Of a stretch of 64,000 nucleotides of DNA, positions 1 through 9,660 are shown one piece after another (within the stretch, counting starts at the first letter, position 1; every line of letters begins with the position of its first letter). Location: assembly GCA_903839725.1 (NCBI GenBank), contig CAIMDG010000002.1, forward strand, positions 1,078 through 65,077, given 5' to 3'. Both the position numbers and the translations under genes were made by a program. The notes under the pieces were generated by a model, which did no database searches, was not told the DNA's origin, and saw only the letters and a program-made list of their open reading frames with translations. This stretch comes from an uncultured bacterium (GTDB taxonomy: Bacteria > Patescibacteriota > Minisyncoccia > Phycocordibacterales > PALSA-1337).

Positions 1-96
1 CTCCCATTAGCTGTTCCTTCCAACTTATAGGATTCATTTCATGAATTCGGGAATTGCTGTTTCAAAAAAACAAACAAAGCAACCATAAAAAGCTGA

Positions 97-933
97 ATGA
101 AAAAACCCAAATGGATCAGTGTCGGCGGTGGACCGAACTGTGGCAAAACTACGGCGCTCAGGCTCCTGCAAAAGGCATCAATCTACGTGCATGGATTTGT
201 CTACGCGGACATATCTGATGACATCATCAAATTTCATCGCGATCCTCTGAACCAGTCACCTTTCAAAGAAGCCTTCGACAGCGTCGAGCATCTCCGGAAA
301 ATCGGCAAATTGCTGAGCAATGACCTTGTCTATGAGGCGCTGCTGTATTATCTGGACATTCGGAAATCGGCTATCGAAGCCGAGGACGGACATGTCCGTC
401 AAATCACACTTTCTGGATTTGGTCGCACATTCCCCCAAAAGGGGAAGATTTTGGAACAAGACCCTGAAGCTCGCTTTTTCCACATCACCTGCACCCGTGC
501 GATTGCCAACCAAAATCGCCTCGGGCGTATCAAGCGTGGTGAACCGCGTCCTGACGACCTCGACGAAAAGATCTTCAACGAACGTTGGGATAATTTCGAC
601 GAGAATGGTCTCAAAGTCCTTGAATCCTGCGAAGCAGAATACAAGGAGCTCGGCCGGTTCAATTCGGCACCGTTCATGAATTCACTCCGTAGCAAGGCCC
701 TGGCTCTGATGCGGACAATGAATCTGACCACTGCAGAACGTATCTCAATTCGCGGTCAGCTTTGTAATCCCAATTCAGAAGCTGGAAAATACATCACCGA
801 GATCGAAGGTGGCAGCAAACCCGCTCACCCGACTCGCCTGGCTCCAGCTGAAGGACACGACAAGGCGCGCACCGCGACCGTCAATATCCCAGCCGGCGCG
901 GACGCAAAAGTCCCCGCTCGCATGGCGACCTGA
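97..933 (+). CDS. Divergent adenylate/nucleoside-monophosphate kinase-like protein
   Basis: P-loop GGPNCGKTT; degenerate Adk-like motifs GKLLSNDLV, LSGFGRTFPQ (cf. DGFPR..Q) and RPDD; extra C-terminal tail. Confidence 0.6.
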   Translation: MKKPKWISVGGGPNCGKTTALRLLQKASIYVHGFVYADISDDIIKFHRDPLNQSPFKEAFDSVEHLRKIGKLLSNDLVYEALLYYLDIRKSAIEAEDGHVRQITLSGFGRTFPQKGKILEQDPEARFFHITCTRAIANQNRLGRIKRGEPRPDDLDEKIFNERWDNFDENGLKVLESCEAEYKELGRFNSAPFMNSLRSKALALMRTMNLTTAERISIRGQLCNPNSEAGKYITEIEGGSKPAHPTRLAPAEGHDKARTATVNIPAGADAKVPARMAT

Positions 934-957
934 TCGCTTCTCGATCCTTAGAACAAT

Positions 958-995
958 AGCCCCACCGACCACCATATCGGCGGGGCTTTCTTTAT
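958..995 (+). terminator. Intrinsic terminator
   Basis: AGCCCC-ACCGA..TCGG-CGGGGCT hairpin followed by TTCTTT, just after the kinase ORF. Confidence 0.6.
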
Positions 996-1035
996 TCCTA
1001 GTAAGATTACATTACTGAAAATGTAGGAAGCTCAC

Positions 1036-1153
1036 AGCCACAGGGGTGGCACATACTCATTTTCCTCAGAAGTTTGTAAACATTGGGGTACGCGGTGTAA
1101 TGTACATGTCTCTAAACTTCTGAGGAAAATGAGTATGTGCCACCCCTGTGGCT
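1036..1153. repeat. Long palindromic element, family A, copy 1
   Basis: Perfect 40-bp inverted arms 1036-1075 / 1114-1153 around the 38-bp core GTAAACATTGGGGTACGCGGTGTAATGTACATGTCTCT. Confidence 0.95.
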
Positions 1154-1160
1154 ACAGACT

Positions 1161-1189
1161 TTGACAAAATGCCTCATGTAATGTAATCT
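1161..1189 (+). promoter_or_regulatory. Sigma70-type promoter for typA
   Basis: TTGACA-N17-TAATCT, 7 bp after the right arm of palindrome copy 1. Confidence 0.5.
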
Positions 1190-1256
1190 TAACGTTCCTT
1201 ATATACATTCATATATTCAGGTTTTATCAATTAAAAGCCCCAATTAAAGCTATTCT

Positions 1257-3044
1257 ATGGATATTCGAAACATCGCCATCATCGCACACGTGGACCACGG
1301 CAAGACCACACTCACCGACGCTATCATGACCCAATGCGGGCATGGTGATGAAGGATCCATGGACTCAAACGCTCTCGAACAAGAACGTGGTATTACTATT
1401 TACGCAAAGAATACATCGATCAACTACAAAGGTACCAAGATCAACATTGTGGATACTCCGGGTCACGCGGACTTCGGCTCAGAAGTTGAACGCGTGCTTC
1501 GCTCAATCGATACCGTTCTTCTCGTCGTTGATGCACAAGAAGGTCCGATGCCTCAGACTCGTTTCGTGCTCAAGAAATCTCTCGAACTTGGTCTCAAACC
1601 AATCGTCATTTTGAATAAGATCGACAAGCCTGCTGCAAACCCGGCTCGTGCACATGATGAAGTCCTCGAACTCTTCATGGAACTTGGTGCGAATGATGAA
1701 CAGCTCAACTTTCCTACTATTTATGCTATTGGTCGCCAAGGAGTTGCCATGAAAACACTCACTGAAACTCCGAAGGATCTCACTCCTCTTCTCGACATGA
1801 TCATCGAGCACGTCACCCCTGCAAACAAAAGTGCAACAGCACCTCTTACTGCACAAGTATTCAACCTCGGCTATGACAACTTCCTTGGTCGTCTCGCTAT
1901 TTGTCGTGTCTATGAAGGAACAATCAAAGATGGTCAGCAAGTGTTCGTAAAAGATATTCATGGCAAGACATTCACCGGAAAAATCACCAAACTCTTTACG
2001 TTCGAAGGTAAAAAGCGTGTTGAAATTCCACAAGCAGAGTCAGGAGATATTGTGACTGTTGCAGGAATCCCTGATATCTATATCGGAGAAACTATCGCTG
2101 ACAATGAAGCAACAGTCGCTCTTCCTGCTATTACTGTTGATGAACCAACTATTTCCCTCCAATTCCTCGTTAACAATTCACCATTCGCAGGACGTGAAGG
2201 TACGTTCGTCACTGGTCGTCAGATCCGCGAACGTCTCGAGAAGGAACTTGAAACAAACGTTGGTCTCAAAGTCGATTTTTCATCAAATGAATATTTCACC
2301 GTCTTCGGACGTGGAGAACTTCACATCGCTATTCTTTTGGAAAATATGCGTCGTGAAGGATATGAAGTTCAGATTTCTCAACCAAAAGTTATCATTCGTG
2401 AAGAGAACGGTGTGAAGCATGAACCATTCGAGGAAGTTATTATCGATACCCCTCAGGAAACATCAGGTGTTATCATCGAAAAGCTCGGTAAGCGCAAAGG
2501 TATTATGAGTAATATGACCACCCACGGAAACCAAGTCCGTATGGTTTTCGAAATACCAACTCGTGGTCTTCTTGGATATAAAAATATATTTACTATCGAT
2601 ACCAAGGGTGAAGGTATCATGTCGAGTCGCGTAGTCGGATTCAAGCCATACGCCGGCGAAATCGAGAAACGTGAAAGTGGTTCTATGACCTCGATGGAAT
2701 CTGGTAGAACATTTGGTTTCTCACTCTGGAATCTCCAAGACCGTGGTCGTCTCTATATTGGTCCAGCTATTGAAGTATATGAGGGTATGGTTATCGGTGA
2801 CACATCAAAGGGTGACGATCTCGACGTGAATCCATGTAAAGCAAAGGCTATGAGTAATATGCGTTCTTCTGGTAAGGATGAAGCTCTCATGCTTGTCCCA
2901 CCATTCGAACTTACTATCGAACGTGGTATCGAACTCATGCGTGATGACGAGTATCTCGAAATCACCCCTATCAATGTCCGTTTGCGTAGAAAATTCCTCA
3001 CGGAATTGGACAGAGCAAAATCACGAAGAACAGATTTGAAATAA
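1257..3044 (+). CDS. typA: Translational GTPase TypA/BipA
   Basis: IRNIAIIAHVDHGKTT, DTPGHADF, NKID, GRGELH and the BipA C-terminal DEYLEITP motif. Confidence 0.97.
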   Translation: MDIRNIAIIAHVDHGKTTLTDAIMTQCGHGDEGSMDSNALEQERGITIYAKNTSINYKGTKINIVDTPGHADFGSEVERVLRSIDTVLLVVDAQEGPMPQTRFVLKKSLELGLKPIVILNKIDKPAANPARAHDEVLELFMELGANDEQLNFPTIYAIGRQGVAMKTLTETPKDLTPLLDMIIEHVTPANKSATAPLTAQVFNLGYDNFLGRLAICRVYEGTIKDGQQVFVKDIHGKTFTGKITKLFTFEGKKRVEIPQAESGDIVTVAGIPDIYIGETIADNEATVALPAITVDEPTISLQFLVNNSPFAGREGTFVTGRQIRERLEKELETNVGLKVDFSSNEYFTVFGRGELHIAILLENMRREGYEVQISQPKVIIREENGVKHEPFEEVIIDTPQETSGVIIEKLGKRKGIMSNMTTHGNQVRMVFEIPTRGLLGYKNIFTIDTKGEGIMSSRVVGFKPYAGEIEKRESGSMTSMESGRTFGFSLWNLQDRGRLYIGPAIEVYEGMVIGDTSKGDDLDVNPCKAKAMSNMRSSGKDEALMLVPPFELTIERGIELMRDDEYLEITPINVRLRRKFLTELDRAKSRRTDLK

Positions 3045-3054
3045 TATAGATCAA

Positions 3055-3085
3055 TCAAAAACCCGACACTTTGTCGGGTTTTTGA
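3055..3085. terminator. Bidirectional intrinsic terminator
   Basis: TCAAAAACCCGACA-CTT-TGTCGGGTTTTTGA between convergent genes. Confidence 0.8.
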
Positions 3086-3234
3086 TGTTTAAATCAAGAC
3101 AAACCTTAGTGAATACATTTAATATAATATTACAAATCTAAAAGGATATTTTGGTTTTATAAAACTAAACAACCAACAGGAATTAATTTGGATAAATAAT
3201 ACTCCAAATAAACTATCAATGACTATCAAAATTA

Positions 3235-4617
3235 TCAATTCCCCGTTGTGGTAATATGCAACTTCCAGCTCTCCAAATTACCTTCAGGACCACCACTGGC
3301 CCAGTCTCTAATCCATAAAAACCATATTCCGTTCGGTGATTTTCCATTAAATATTGATAGGTCATCTACAGGATGATATGTACCCGTAACAGGACTTATC
3401 AGTGGTGAATTTTGAATATTTACTTGGGCTGTATCCGCAAGTGTAACATCAAAACCTGCAATGTTATCGAGCATTTTCAAAACATCTCCATGATCTACAC
3501 CAAACAATCGCTGTCTAAGTGATGCAGGATAAGACCATGCCCCGAATATCACCTGTTGGACCTGATCTGGACTAAATAAAATCGCTTCTAAATCTCCATT
3601 AATACCTCCGTTAATTTTAACATCAACAGTCATATTTGATACAACACCAGATAGTCCGCTGACATTTAATTGATAAACATTGTACCTCCCATTAGGAATG
3701 ATTCCGCCACTAGAACTACTGAATACCATTGGTACCGGGTCTGCAACTGTCACCGTCACACCAAGTGTTTGTGTTTGTGCTGATCCGCCATTTCCAGTGA
3801 CTGTCGCAGTAACATTATATGTACCCGCCGCACTGTATGTATGAGTGAATGTGACTGGAGTTGTAATAGTATTTTGTGTACCTGTTGTTGTATCTCCCCA
3901 ATCGATAGAATACGTGAGCGAATCAGCATTTGGGTTTGAAACAGTTACTACCCATGTACCACCAGTAACAGTGGTAAGTGTACCTGGACCAGTGAAACTG
4001 CTTATTGTGGGTGCCGTAACAAACGTTTCTCCTGGATACCCATCACCAGAATATGATGAATAATTTGCATCACCGATCGGAATAGTTATAACTGTAGGAT
4101 TGTCTAGCGGATTAAGTGACTTGAGTTCACTTACATAATCAAAAGAAGCAGTTGGGGTGATTGCTACAGTAGTATCATTAGCTCCCGGAGTTACACCTGT
4201 CGAAGGTGCAGTTACGTAGGTGTATTCAAGACCACTTGTATTGATCATGTCGACAGGGATATGAGAGATGTATCCACCATCTACGAGAGGTTTGAGGACA
4301 CCTAGACCTAAATCAGGAACACCGTTTGCATTTGTAATACCTCTACATACAAATGAAGTTGTTCCGCTGATGATTTGAGGAGTACAACCTGCTACATTTT
4401 GCGCACCTGCTGGAACACCACCATGATCATTTGCGTATAAAGCCAACGCATTACGAACCTGAAGCGCATTTGAATTTCGCACAGAATCACGACCACTTGC
4501 TTGAGCAGCTCTAACTCCCACCAAAATCACTGAGGCAAGTGAGGCGATGATCGAGATGACGACCATGATTTCGATGAGGGTGAATCCTTTATTTTTGTAA
4601 TCTATAGCATGAATCAT
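3235..4617 (-). CDS. Type IV pilin-like protein with PKD domain and C-terminal proprotein-convertase P-like domain
   Basis: Prepilin motif KGFTLIEIMVVISII; PKD-like YSIDWGD..HTYSAAGTYNVTATVT; C-terminal LSIFNGKSPNGIWFLWIRD..GNLESWKLHI. Confidence 0.75.
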   Translation of the reverse strand: MIHAIDYKNKGFTLIEIMVVISIIASLASVILVGVRAAQASGRDSVRNSNALQVRNALALYANDHGGVPAGAQNVAGCTPQIISGTTSFVCRGITNANGVPDLGLGVLKPLVDGGYISHIPVDMINTSGLEYTYVTAPSTGVTPGANDTTVAITPTASFDYVSELKSLNPLDNPTVITIPIGDANYSSYSGDGYPGETFVTAPTISSFTGPGTLTTVTGGTWVVTVSNPNADSLTYSIDWGDTTTGTQNTITTPVTFTHTYSAAGTYNVTATVTGNGGSAQTQTLGVTVTVADPVPMVFSSSSGGIIPNGRYNVYQLNVSGLSGVVSNMTVDVKINGGINGDLEAILFSPDQVQQVIFGAWSYPASLRQRLFGVDHGDVLKMLDNIAGFDVTLADTAQVNIQNSPLISPVTGTYHPVDDLSIFNGKSPNGIWFLWIRDWASGGPEGNLESWKLHITTTGN

Positions 4618-4655
4618 ATGGTTTTATATATAAACCCGTACAACAAATGTGTTTC

Positions 4656-6170
4656 TTAACGTACACATCGAGCATATCTCAAATTATATTTATCATATGT
4701 TTCTATTTGTGGTGAACAACTAGTGGTTGAGAGCATCGGTACTCCATTTGCCCCCATAGACCACGATTTAGAACATGCCCATGCAAAACCACTTCTTCCT
4801 GAAAATTCTTCACTCGTCCAATACGGTGCAGTTTGTGTTGCTGATAACATTTTTGGTTGTACCAATGAGCCATCTTGCAGACCAGTCTGAAGCTCAGCTC
4901 GTGTAGGTAAATGCCATCCCGTCGTACCTCCACTACTTACACCAAAATTTGGGTCCGAACAAGTGCTTAAAGCATAATTCCATGAAGCAGAATTATACTG
5001 ACTAAAATCATATATAGACCACTTCGGTGCAAAGTACGCAACAACTGTTCGTGGAACACTCATGTCAACAACACACGTAGGATTGGTACCGGAAGAAGCA
5101 CAGTCACCTGCCCATCCATCAAAGAGACTAGCGTATGATGTTGATGCTGTAAGAGTAACTGATCCTGAGATTGTCGCCGAACAAGGATACTTGGATCCAA
5201 AAGAACCACTATTTTGACAATTGATACCACCGACCGAACTCGTAATAGTTCCGCCACCACCAAGTGATGAATAAGCTCCAGGACCTGGGAAACTAGGTAA
5301 ACCTGTCGTACTCACAGTAAGTAATTGTGTAACCGGCGCCGTCACAACTGTCTGCGTTGAAGCTGAAATCTGAGAATTAGACCCTGTCAAAGTCACGACA
5401 ATAGTGTAAGTACCCGCAGCTGCATATGCATGATAGGCATCAAACTTTGTACTTGATGATATAAGAAGATCACTTGTTGAATCTCCCCAATCATACGAAT
5501 ATGTCAGTGTAATCCCTGCTGGATTACGAACACTTGCAGTCCATGTTCCAGAAACACCAGACAAGATGGTAGAAGGTCCAGTAAAACCAGTGATTCCTGG
5601 TTGGATAACAATATTCGCAATTGGATATCCTCCATTTGGATACAATGCGGTGTTTTCTTCACCAATATATGTTGGAACAATCACAGGATCAGTAACCGGA
5701 TCAGCAGACTTGAACTCACTAACATAGTTGAATTCAGCTGTTGGTGTGATTGCTACAGTTGTACCGTTAGCTCCTGGGGTTACACCTGTTGTTGGTGCAG
5801 TTACGTAGGTATATTCAAGGCCATTGGTATTGATCATGTCGACAGGAATATGAGAGATGTATCCACCATCTACGAGAGGTTTGAGAACACCTGATTCCAA
5901 ATCACCTTTACATACATATGAAGTTGTTCCACCGATAGTCTGAGCATTACAACCTGCTACACCAGCACCTGATGGTACACCGCCATGGTCTGTTGCATAC
6001 AAAGCGAGTGCATTACGTACTTGCAAAGCACTTGATTGACGTGCAGAATCACGACCACTTGCTTGAGCAGCTCTGACTCCCACCAAAATCACTGAGGCAA
6101 GTGAGGCAATAATCGAGATAACAACCATAATTTCGATGAGGGTGAATCCGGTACGTAATGTGTGCTTCAT
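4656..6170 (-). CDS. Type IV pilin-like protein with PKD, bacterial-repeat and DUF1566-like C-terminal domains
   Basis: Prepilin motif GFTLIEIMVV; YSYDWGD..HAYAAAGTYTI; FDGWAGDC..CVVDM; GWHLPTRAEL..YWTSEE..ARCVR. Confidence 0.75.
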   Translation of the reverse strand: MKHTLRTGFTLIEIMVVISIIASLASVILVGVRAAQASGRDSARQSSALQVRNALALYATDHGGVPSGAGVAGCNAQTIGGTTSYVCKGDLESGVLKPLVDGGYISHIPVDMINTNGLEYTYVTAPTTGVTPGANGTTVAITPTAEFNYVSEFKSADPVTDPVIVPTYIGEENTALYPNGGYPIANIVIQPGITGFTGPSTILSGVSGTWTASVRNPAGITLTYSYDWGDSTSDLLISSSTKFDAYHAYAAAGTYTIVVTLTGSNSQISASTQTVVTAPVTQLLTVSTTGLPSFPGPGAYSSLGGGGTITSSVGGINCQNSGSFGSKYPCSATISGSVTLTASTSYASLFDGWAGDCASSGTNPTCVVDMSVPRTVVAYFAPKWSIYDFSQYNSASWNYALSTCSDPNFGVSSGGTTGWHLPTRAELQTGLQDGSLVQPKMLSATQTAPYWTSEEFSGRSGFAWACSKSWSMGANGVPMLSTTSCSPQIETYDKYNLRYARCVR

Positions 6171-6201
6171 ATTATATTAATATTAAAAAAATAATGAATA
6201 A

Positions 6202-6405
6202 TTATACATTCAAGAATGACCAAATTTCACGCATAAACATAATATTGTATATAGCAAGAATAAGACATCCGACAATTATGACAAAAAGAAGGAGTATCGC
6301 TTCCCATTCTTTCTTAACAAAACCTCTTTCGAGTAACCAGGTTATAATTCGAGGAGGTGTACTACTGGGAGTGAAGCGGCCATACAGTATGTGTTTGTGT
6401 TTCAT
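6202..6405 (-). CDS. Small single-TM membrane protein upstream of pilin pair
   Basis: 67 aa; WLLERGFVK motif plus hydrophobic helix, shared with 17808-18092 and 61687-61893. Confidence 0.65.
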   Translation of the reverse strand: MKHKHILYGRFTPSSTPPRIITWLLERGFVKKEWEAILLLFVIIVGCLILAIYNIMFMREIWSFLNV

Positions 6406-6503
6406 AATATAAAAAGGAGCGATGTATTGTTAATGAATCAATTATACCGTTATTGAACGCCATAAAGAAAGTGGGATATCCACTACTAACTTTCAGCTCA
6501 AAA

Positions 6504-7277
6504 TTATATTCCCGATGTAGGCAGATATACCTTCGTCCTCTTGATATTCAAAGCAAAAGCTCCAACTTTCAAGTCGGCACCAATTCTATGTACCAAAGAA
6601 CGCATATAGGTACCGCTCGAACATTTCACTCGAATAGTTATTCGTGGCCAAGACTCTCCTTTTTCGACAAGGGTAGACCTTGAAAATACCTCTTCCCACC
6701 TTCTTTTAATTTCTTCCTGACGGAAATCACCATGTACCAAAGCAATATTACTGAAAATACGTTGCTTCAATTCTAGACTTAAAATGTTTGAAGCTTTTCC
6801 GACTTGTACAATAGAATATATTTCAACTTCCTTTGTTGGCATTTCATCTGGCAACTCATTATTGCGAGCACGTTCGTGAAGTTGAATCCCATCAACCGTC
6901 TTCGATGAATACGCCGGATATTCTTGTAAAAATCGTCCAACATACTTTGAAAAATCTACAGTATTCAAATCATGTACCAATCTCTCATCTCGAACATCCG
7001 TAACTAGTCCCAATGCATCATATGTATCTGTAGAAATGCCACATACTATTTCAACTTCATATTCTTTGTCTAAACCAAGATATTTCTCTTTTTGTTTACA
7101 TTCCTCACCAATCAATATCAGTAATTCCCCTTCCGCCAAAGGATCGAGTCGACCAGCATATGTCATCGGAATACCTTCCAAATCAGGTCGTGTGGCACGA
7201 AAACGCTCCAATGCTTCAAGGGGTGTCTCACCGATGTTCTTGTAGATACTAACCATCTTTTCTTGTTTACCATTCAT
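6504..7277 (-). CDS. truB: tRNA pseudouridine synthase B-like
   Basis: YAGRLDPLAEG, STDTYDALG, QEYPAYSS, CSSGTYMRSL; start adjusted to MNGKQ (7277). Confidence 0.85.
   Translation of the reverse strand: MNGKQEKMVSIYKNIGETPLEALERFRATRPDLEGIPMTYAGRLDPLAEGELLILIGEECKQKEKYLGLDKEYEVEIVCGISTDTYDALGLVTDVRDERLVHDLNTVDFSKYVGRFLQEYPAYSSKTVDGIQLHERARNNELPDEMPTKEVEIYSIVQVGKASNILSLELKQRIFSNIALVHGDFRQEEIKRRWEEVFSRSTLVEKGESWPRITIRVKCSSGTYMRSLVHRIGADLKVGAFALNIKRTKVYLPTSGI
6665..6682 (-). repeat. 18-bp REP-like hairpin repeat (CAAGGTCTACCCTTGTCG) inside truB
   Basis: Reverse complement is identical to 60841-60858 and matches 27219-27236 at 17/18. Confidence 0.75.
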
Positions 7278-7298
7278 ATATTGGCTACAATGTATCAC

Positions 7299-8597
7299 AT
7301 GAGCTTACACAAACCCAAGAAACTTTCTACTGACGCTTACAAAGGCGTGCGTGATTTTTTTCCTACAGAAATGGCTGTTGAAAAAAAGATATTTGATATC
7401 TGGCGTACTACTGTCGAAACCTATGGCTATGAAGAGTACGGTGCTTCTGTTCTCGAACCAGCTGAACTCTATCGTGCAAAGTCTGGTGAAGAGATAGTGA
7501 ATGAACAAACATATACATTCACTGATCGTGGAGATCGTGAAGTCACACTTCGTCCCGAAATGACCCCAACTCTTGCGCGTATGGTAGCAGCCAAGAAACG
7601 CGAACTCGTTTTTCCTCTTCGTTGGTATTCGATTCCGAACTTATTCCGCTATGAACAACCTCAGCGTGGACGTGTCCGTGAACACTGGCAATTGAATGTC
7701 GACATATTCGGCGTCGAATCTATCAATGCTGAAATTGAAACCATCAATATTGCATGCGATATCACTCGAGCATATGGTCTCAAGGATACTGATTTTGAAG
7801 TACGTCTCAACAATCGCAAGGTCATGAATTATGTGACACGTGATGTGTATGGCTTGAATGAGGACGCAGCTCACAAACTTTCGAAACTGATAGACAAAAA
7901 AGACAAAATCAAACCTGAAGCATTCGAAATGGGTGCAACAGAACTTCTTGGTGATAAAGCACAGTCATTCTTGACTCTTCTCAACTCAAAGAACTTCGAA
8001 GATTTCACTTCAAATCTTCCTCAAACAAAGGAGGAGCATGTAGGACTTGCTGAGATTCGATCAGTTATTGATGGTCTCGAAAAACTTGGTATTACCAATG
8101 TGCGCTTTGATCAGACACTTATGCGTGGTTTTGACTACTACACAGGTGTTGTATTCGAAGTATTTGATCTCAACCCGATCAATCGTCGCGCAGTCTTCGG
8201 TGGTGGTCGTTATGATGACCTCCTTTCCCTTTTCGGTAATGGAAAAGTGTCTGCGGTTGGTTTTGGAACCGGTGACGTGATTGCTCGGGATCTCATGGAA
8301 ACATACAATACGGTACCAAGCTCAACCCCATCAGCTGATATTGCCCTCATTATTATTGGTGAGCAAAACACTCCTTTTGCTCTCGACCTTGCACAAACTC
8401 TTCGATCAAAGAAGATTCGCACGGTAGTGGACCTCTCCAACAAAAAGATTAGTGACCAAATAAAAAATGCTGACAAGCGTTCTATTCTGCGCATTATCTG
8501 TATTGGCGATGAAGAAGTAAAAACTGGAAAACTCAGAGTCAAGAATATGAGTACGGGTGAAGAGATTGTATGTACTGAAGAAACAATATCACTCTAA
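7299..8597 (+). CDS. hisS: Histidine--tRNA ligase
   Basis: KGVRDF, LRPEMT, FRYEQPQRGRVREHWQ, RGFDYYTG, GGGRYD; start set at MSLHK. Confidence 0.96.
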   Translation: MSLHKPKKLSTDAYKGVRDFFPTEMAVEKKIFDIWRTTVETYGYEEYGASVLEPAELYRAKSGEEIVNEQTYTFTDRGDREVTLRPEMTPTLARMVAAKKRELVFPLRWYSIPNLFRYEQPQRGRVREHWQLNVDIFGVESINAEIETINIACDITRAYGLKDTDFEVRLNNRKVMNYVTRDVYGLNEDAAHKLSKLIDKKDKIKPEAFEMGATELLGDKAQSFLTLLNSKNFEDFTSNLPQTKEEHVGLAEIRSVIDGLEKLGITNVRFDQTLMRGFDYYTGVVFEVFDLNPINRRAVFGGGRYDDLLSLFGNGKVSAVGFGTGDVIARDLMETYNTVPSSTPSADIALIIIGEQNTPFALDLAQTLRSKKIRTVVDLSNKKISDQIKNADKRSILRIICIGDEEVKTGKLRVKNMSTGEEIVCTEETISL

Positions 8598-8601
8598 TTG
8601 A

Positions 8602-8685
8602 GTCATACCGGCCTCCGCCGGTATCCAGAATTACTAACATTATATTCTGTTTGTACTTCTGGACCCCGACCTTCGTCGGGGTGAC
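8602..8685. repeat. Bipartite REP-like palindromic element (GTCA...TGAC ends)
   Basis: GTC-ATACCGGC-CTCC-GCCGGTAT-CCAG ... CTGG-ACCCCGAC-CTTC-GTCGGGGT-GAC: two hairpins within complementary ends. Confidence 0.7.
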
Positions 8686-8729
8686 ACGCTTCATGCTATA
8701 ATTCAAGCACTATACATTAATATATATCT

Positions 8730-9581
8730 ATGGAACCAAAACCAACCAATCCACTCGTAAATCTTCCTGGTGCAATCATCATCGCTGCAGCCATCATTGC
8801 AATCGCCATCATCTGGGCAAAGCAACCTATTCCAAAACCAGTTGTTGCCGAACCTGCTGCCACAAATAAAAACATTGTCACTCTTTCACCGGTCAAAACT
8901 ACTGAACATGTTCTCGGCAATCCAGCAGCAGCTATTGTATTTGTTGAATTCTCGGACCCATCATGCCCATACTGCAAAAACTTTAACCCAACAATGGAGG
9001 ACGTTATAACAAAATATGGAGCAACGGGAGATGTTGCATGGGTCTATCGCCATTATCCACTTGATAAACCTGATGCAAATGGAAATGTTCTTCATGCCAA
9101 CTCAGGACAACAAGCAGAAGCACTCGAGTGTTCTGCATCACTCGGTGGTAATGCAAAATTCTGGGAATTTGAAAAAGCATGGTATGCATCTATCCCTCTC
9201 GATGGTGCTGGAAGATCAAGTACAGTAGACAAACAAGAGATTCTCAAAGTTGCAAAAAATGTTGGTCTCGACACTGTTGCTTTCAACGACTGTATCGCAA
9301 ACAATCGCTTCAAAGATGTTATTGATGCAAACTTCCTTGATGGTGTAAATGCAGGGGTTAATGGTACACCTTCAAGTTTCCTTGTTCTCAGTAAGCCAGC
9401 TGGTGCTTTTGTCGAAAAGTTCATCTCAAGTGCTACACTCCAATATCGTTTGAGTGCCGATCTACTCACACTGAGTGGTGACAAAAAAATTATCTCTATG
9501 AATGGAGCAATGCCTGCACCACTCGTTAAAAGTTTGATAGAAGCAATTCTTACAGAAAGAAAGGCTTCTGTTACTCAGTAA
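8730..9581 (+). CDS. DsbA/thioredoxin-fold protein, membrane-anchored
   Basis: N-terminal TM helix; EFSDPSCPYC; YRHYPL; GVNGTP. Confidence 0.88.
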   Translation: MEPKPTNPLVNLPGAIIIAAAIIAIAIIWAKQPIPKPVVAEPAATNKNIVTLSPVKTTEHVLGNPAAAIVFVEFSDPSCPYCKNFNPTMEDVITKYGATGDVAWVYRHYPLDKPDANGNVLHANSGQQAEALECSASLGGNAKFWEFEKAWYASIPLDGAGRSSTVDKQEILKVAKNVGLDTVAFNDCIANNRFKDVIDANFLDGVNAGVNGTPSSFLVLSKPAGAFVEKFISSATLQYRLSADLLTLSGDKKIISMNGAMPAPLVKSLIEAILTERKASVTQ

Positions 9582-9601
9582 ACAAATTACCTTCTTTGAA
9601 T

Positions 9602-9643
9602 TTAACAAAAAAACGATTCTTCACTGAATTGTTTTTTTGTTAA
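9602..9643. terminator. Bidirectional terminator-like AT-rich hairpin
   Basis: TTAACAAAAAAACGATTC..GAATTGTTTTTTTGTTAA between convergent genes. Confidence 0.6.
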
Positions 9644-9660
9644 GTCGATCCTATTCAAAA

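Noticed and set aside
4656-5030. DUF1566-like C-terminus as a diversity-generating retroelement target
   Set aside because: The domain type is compatible, but I found no reverse transcriptase and no adenine-variant template repeat in this window.
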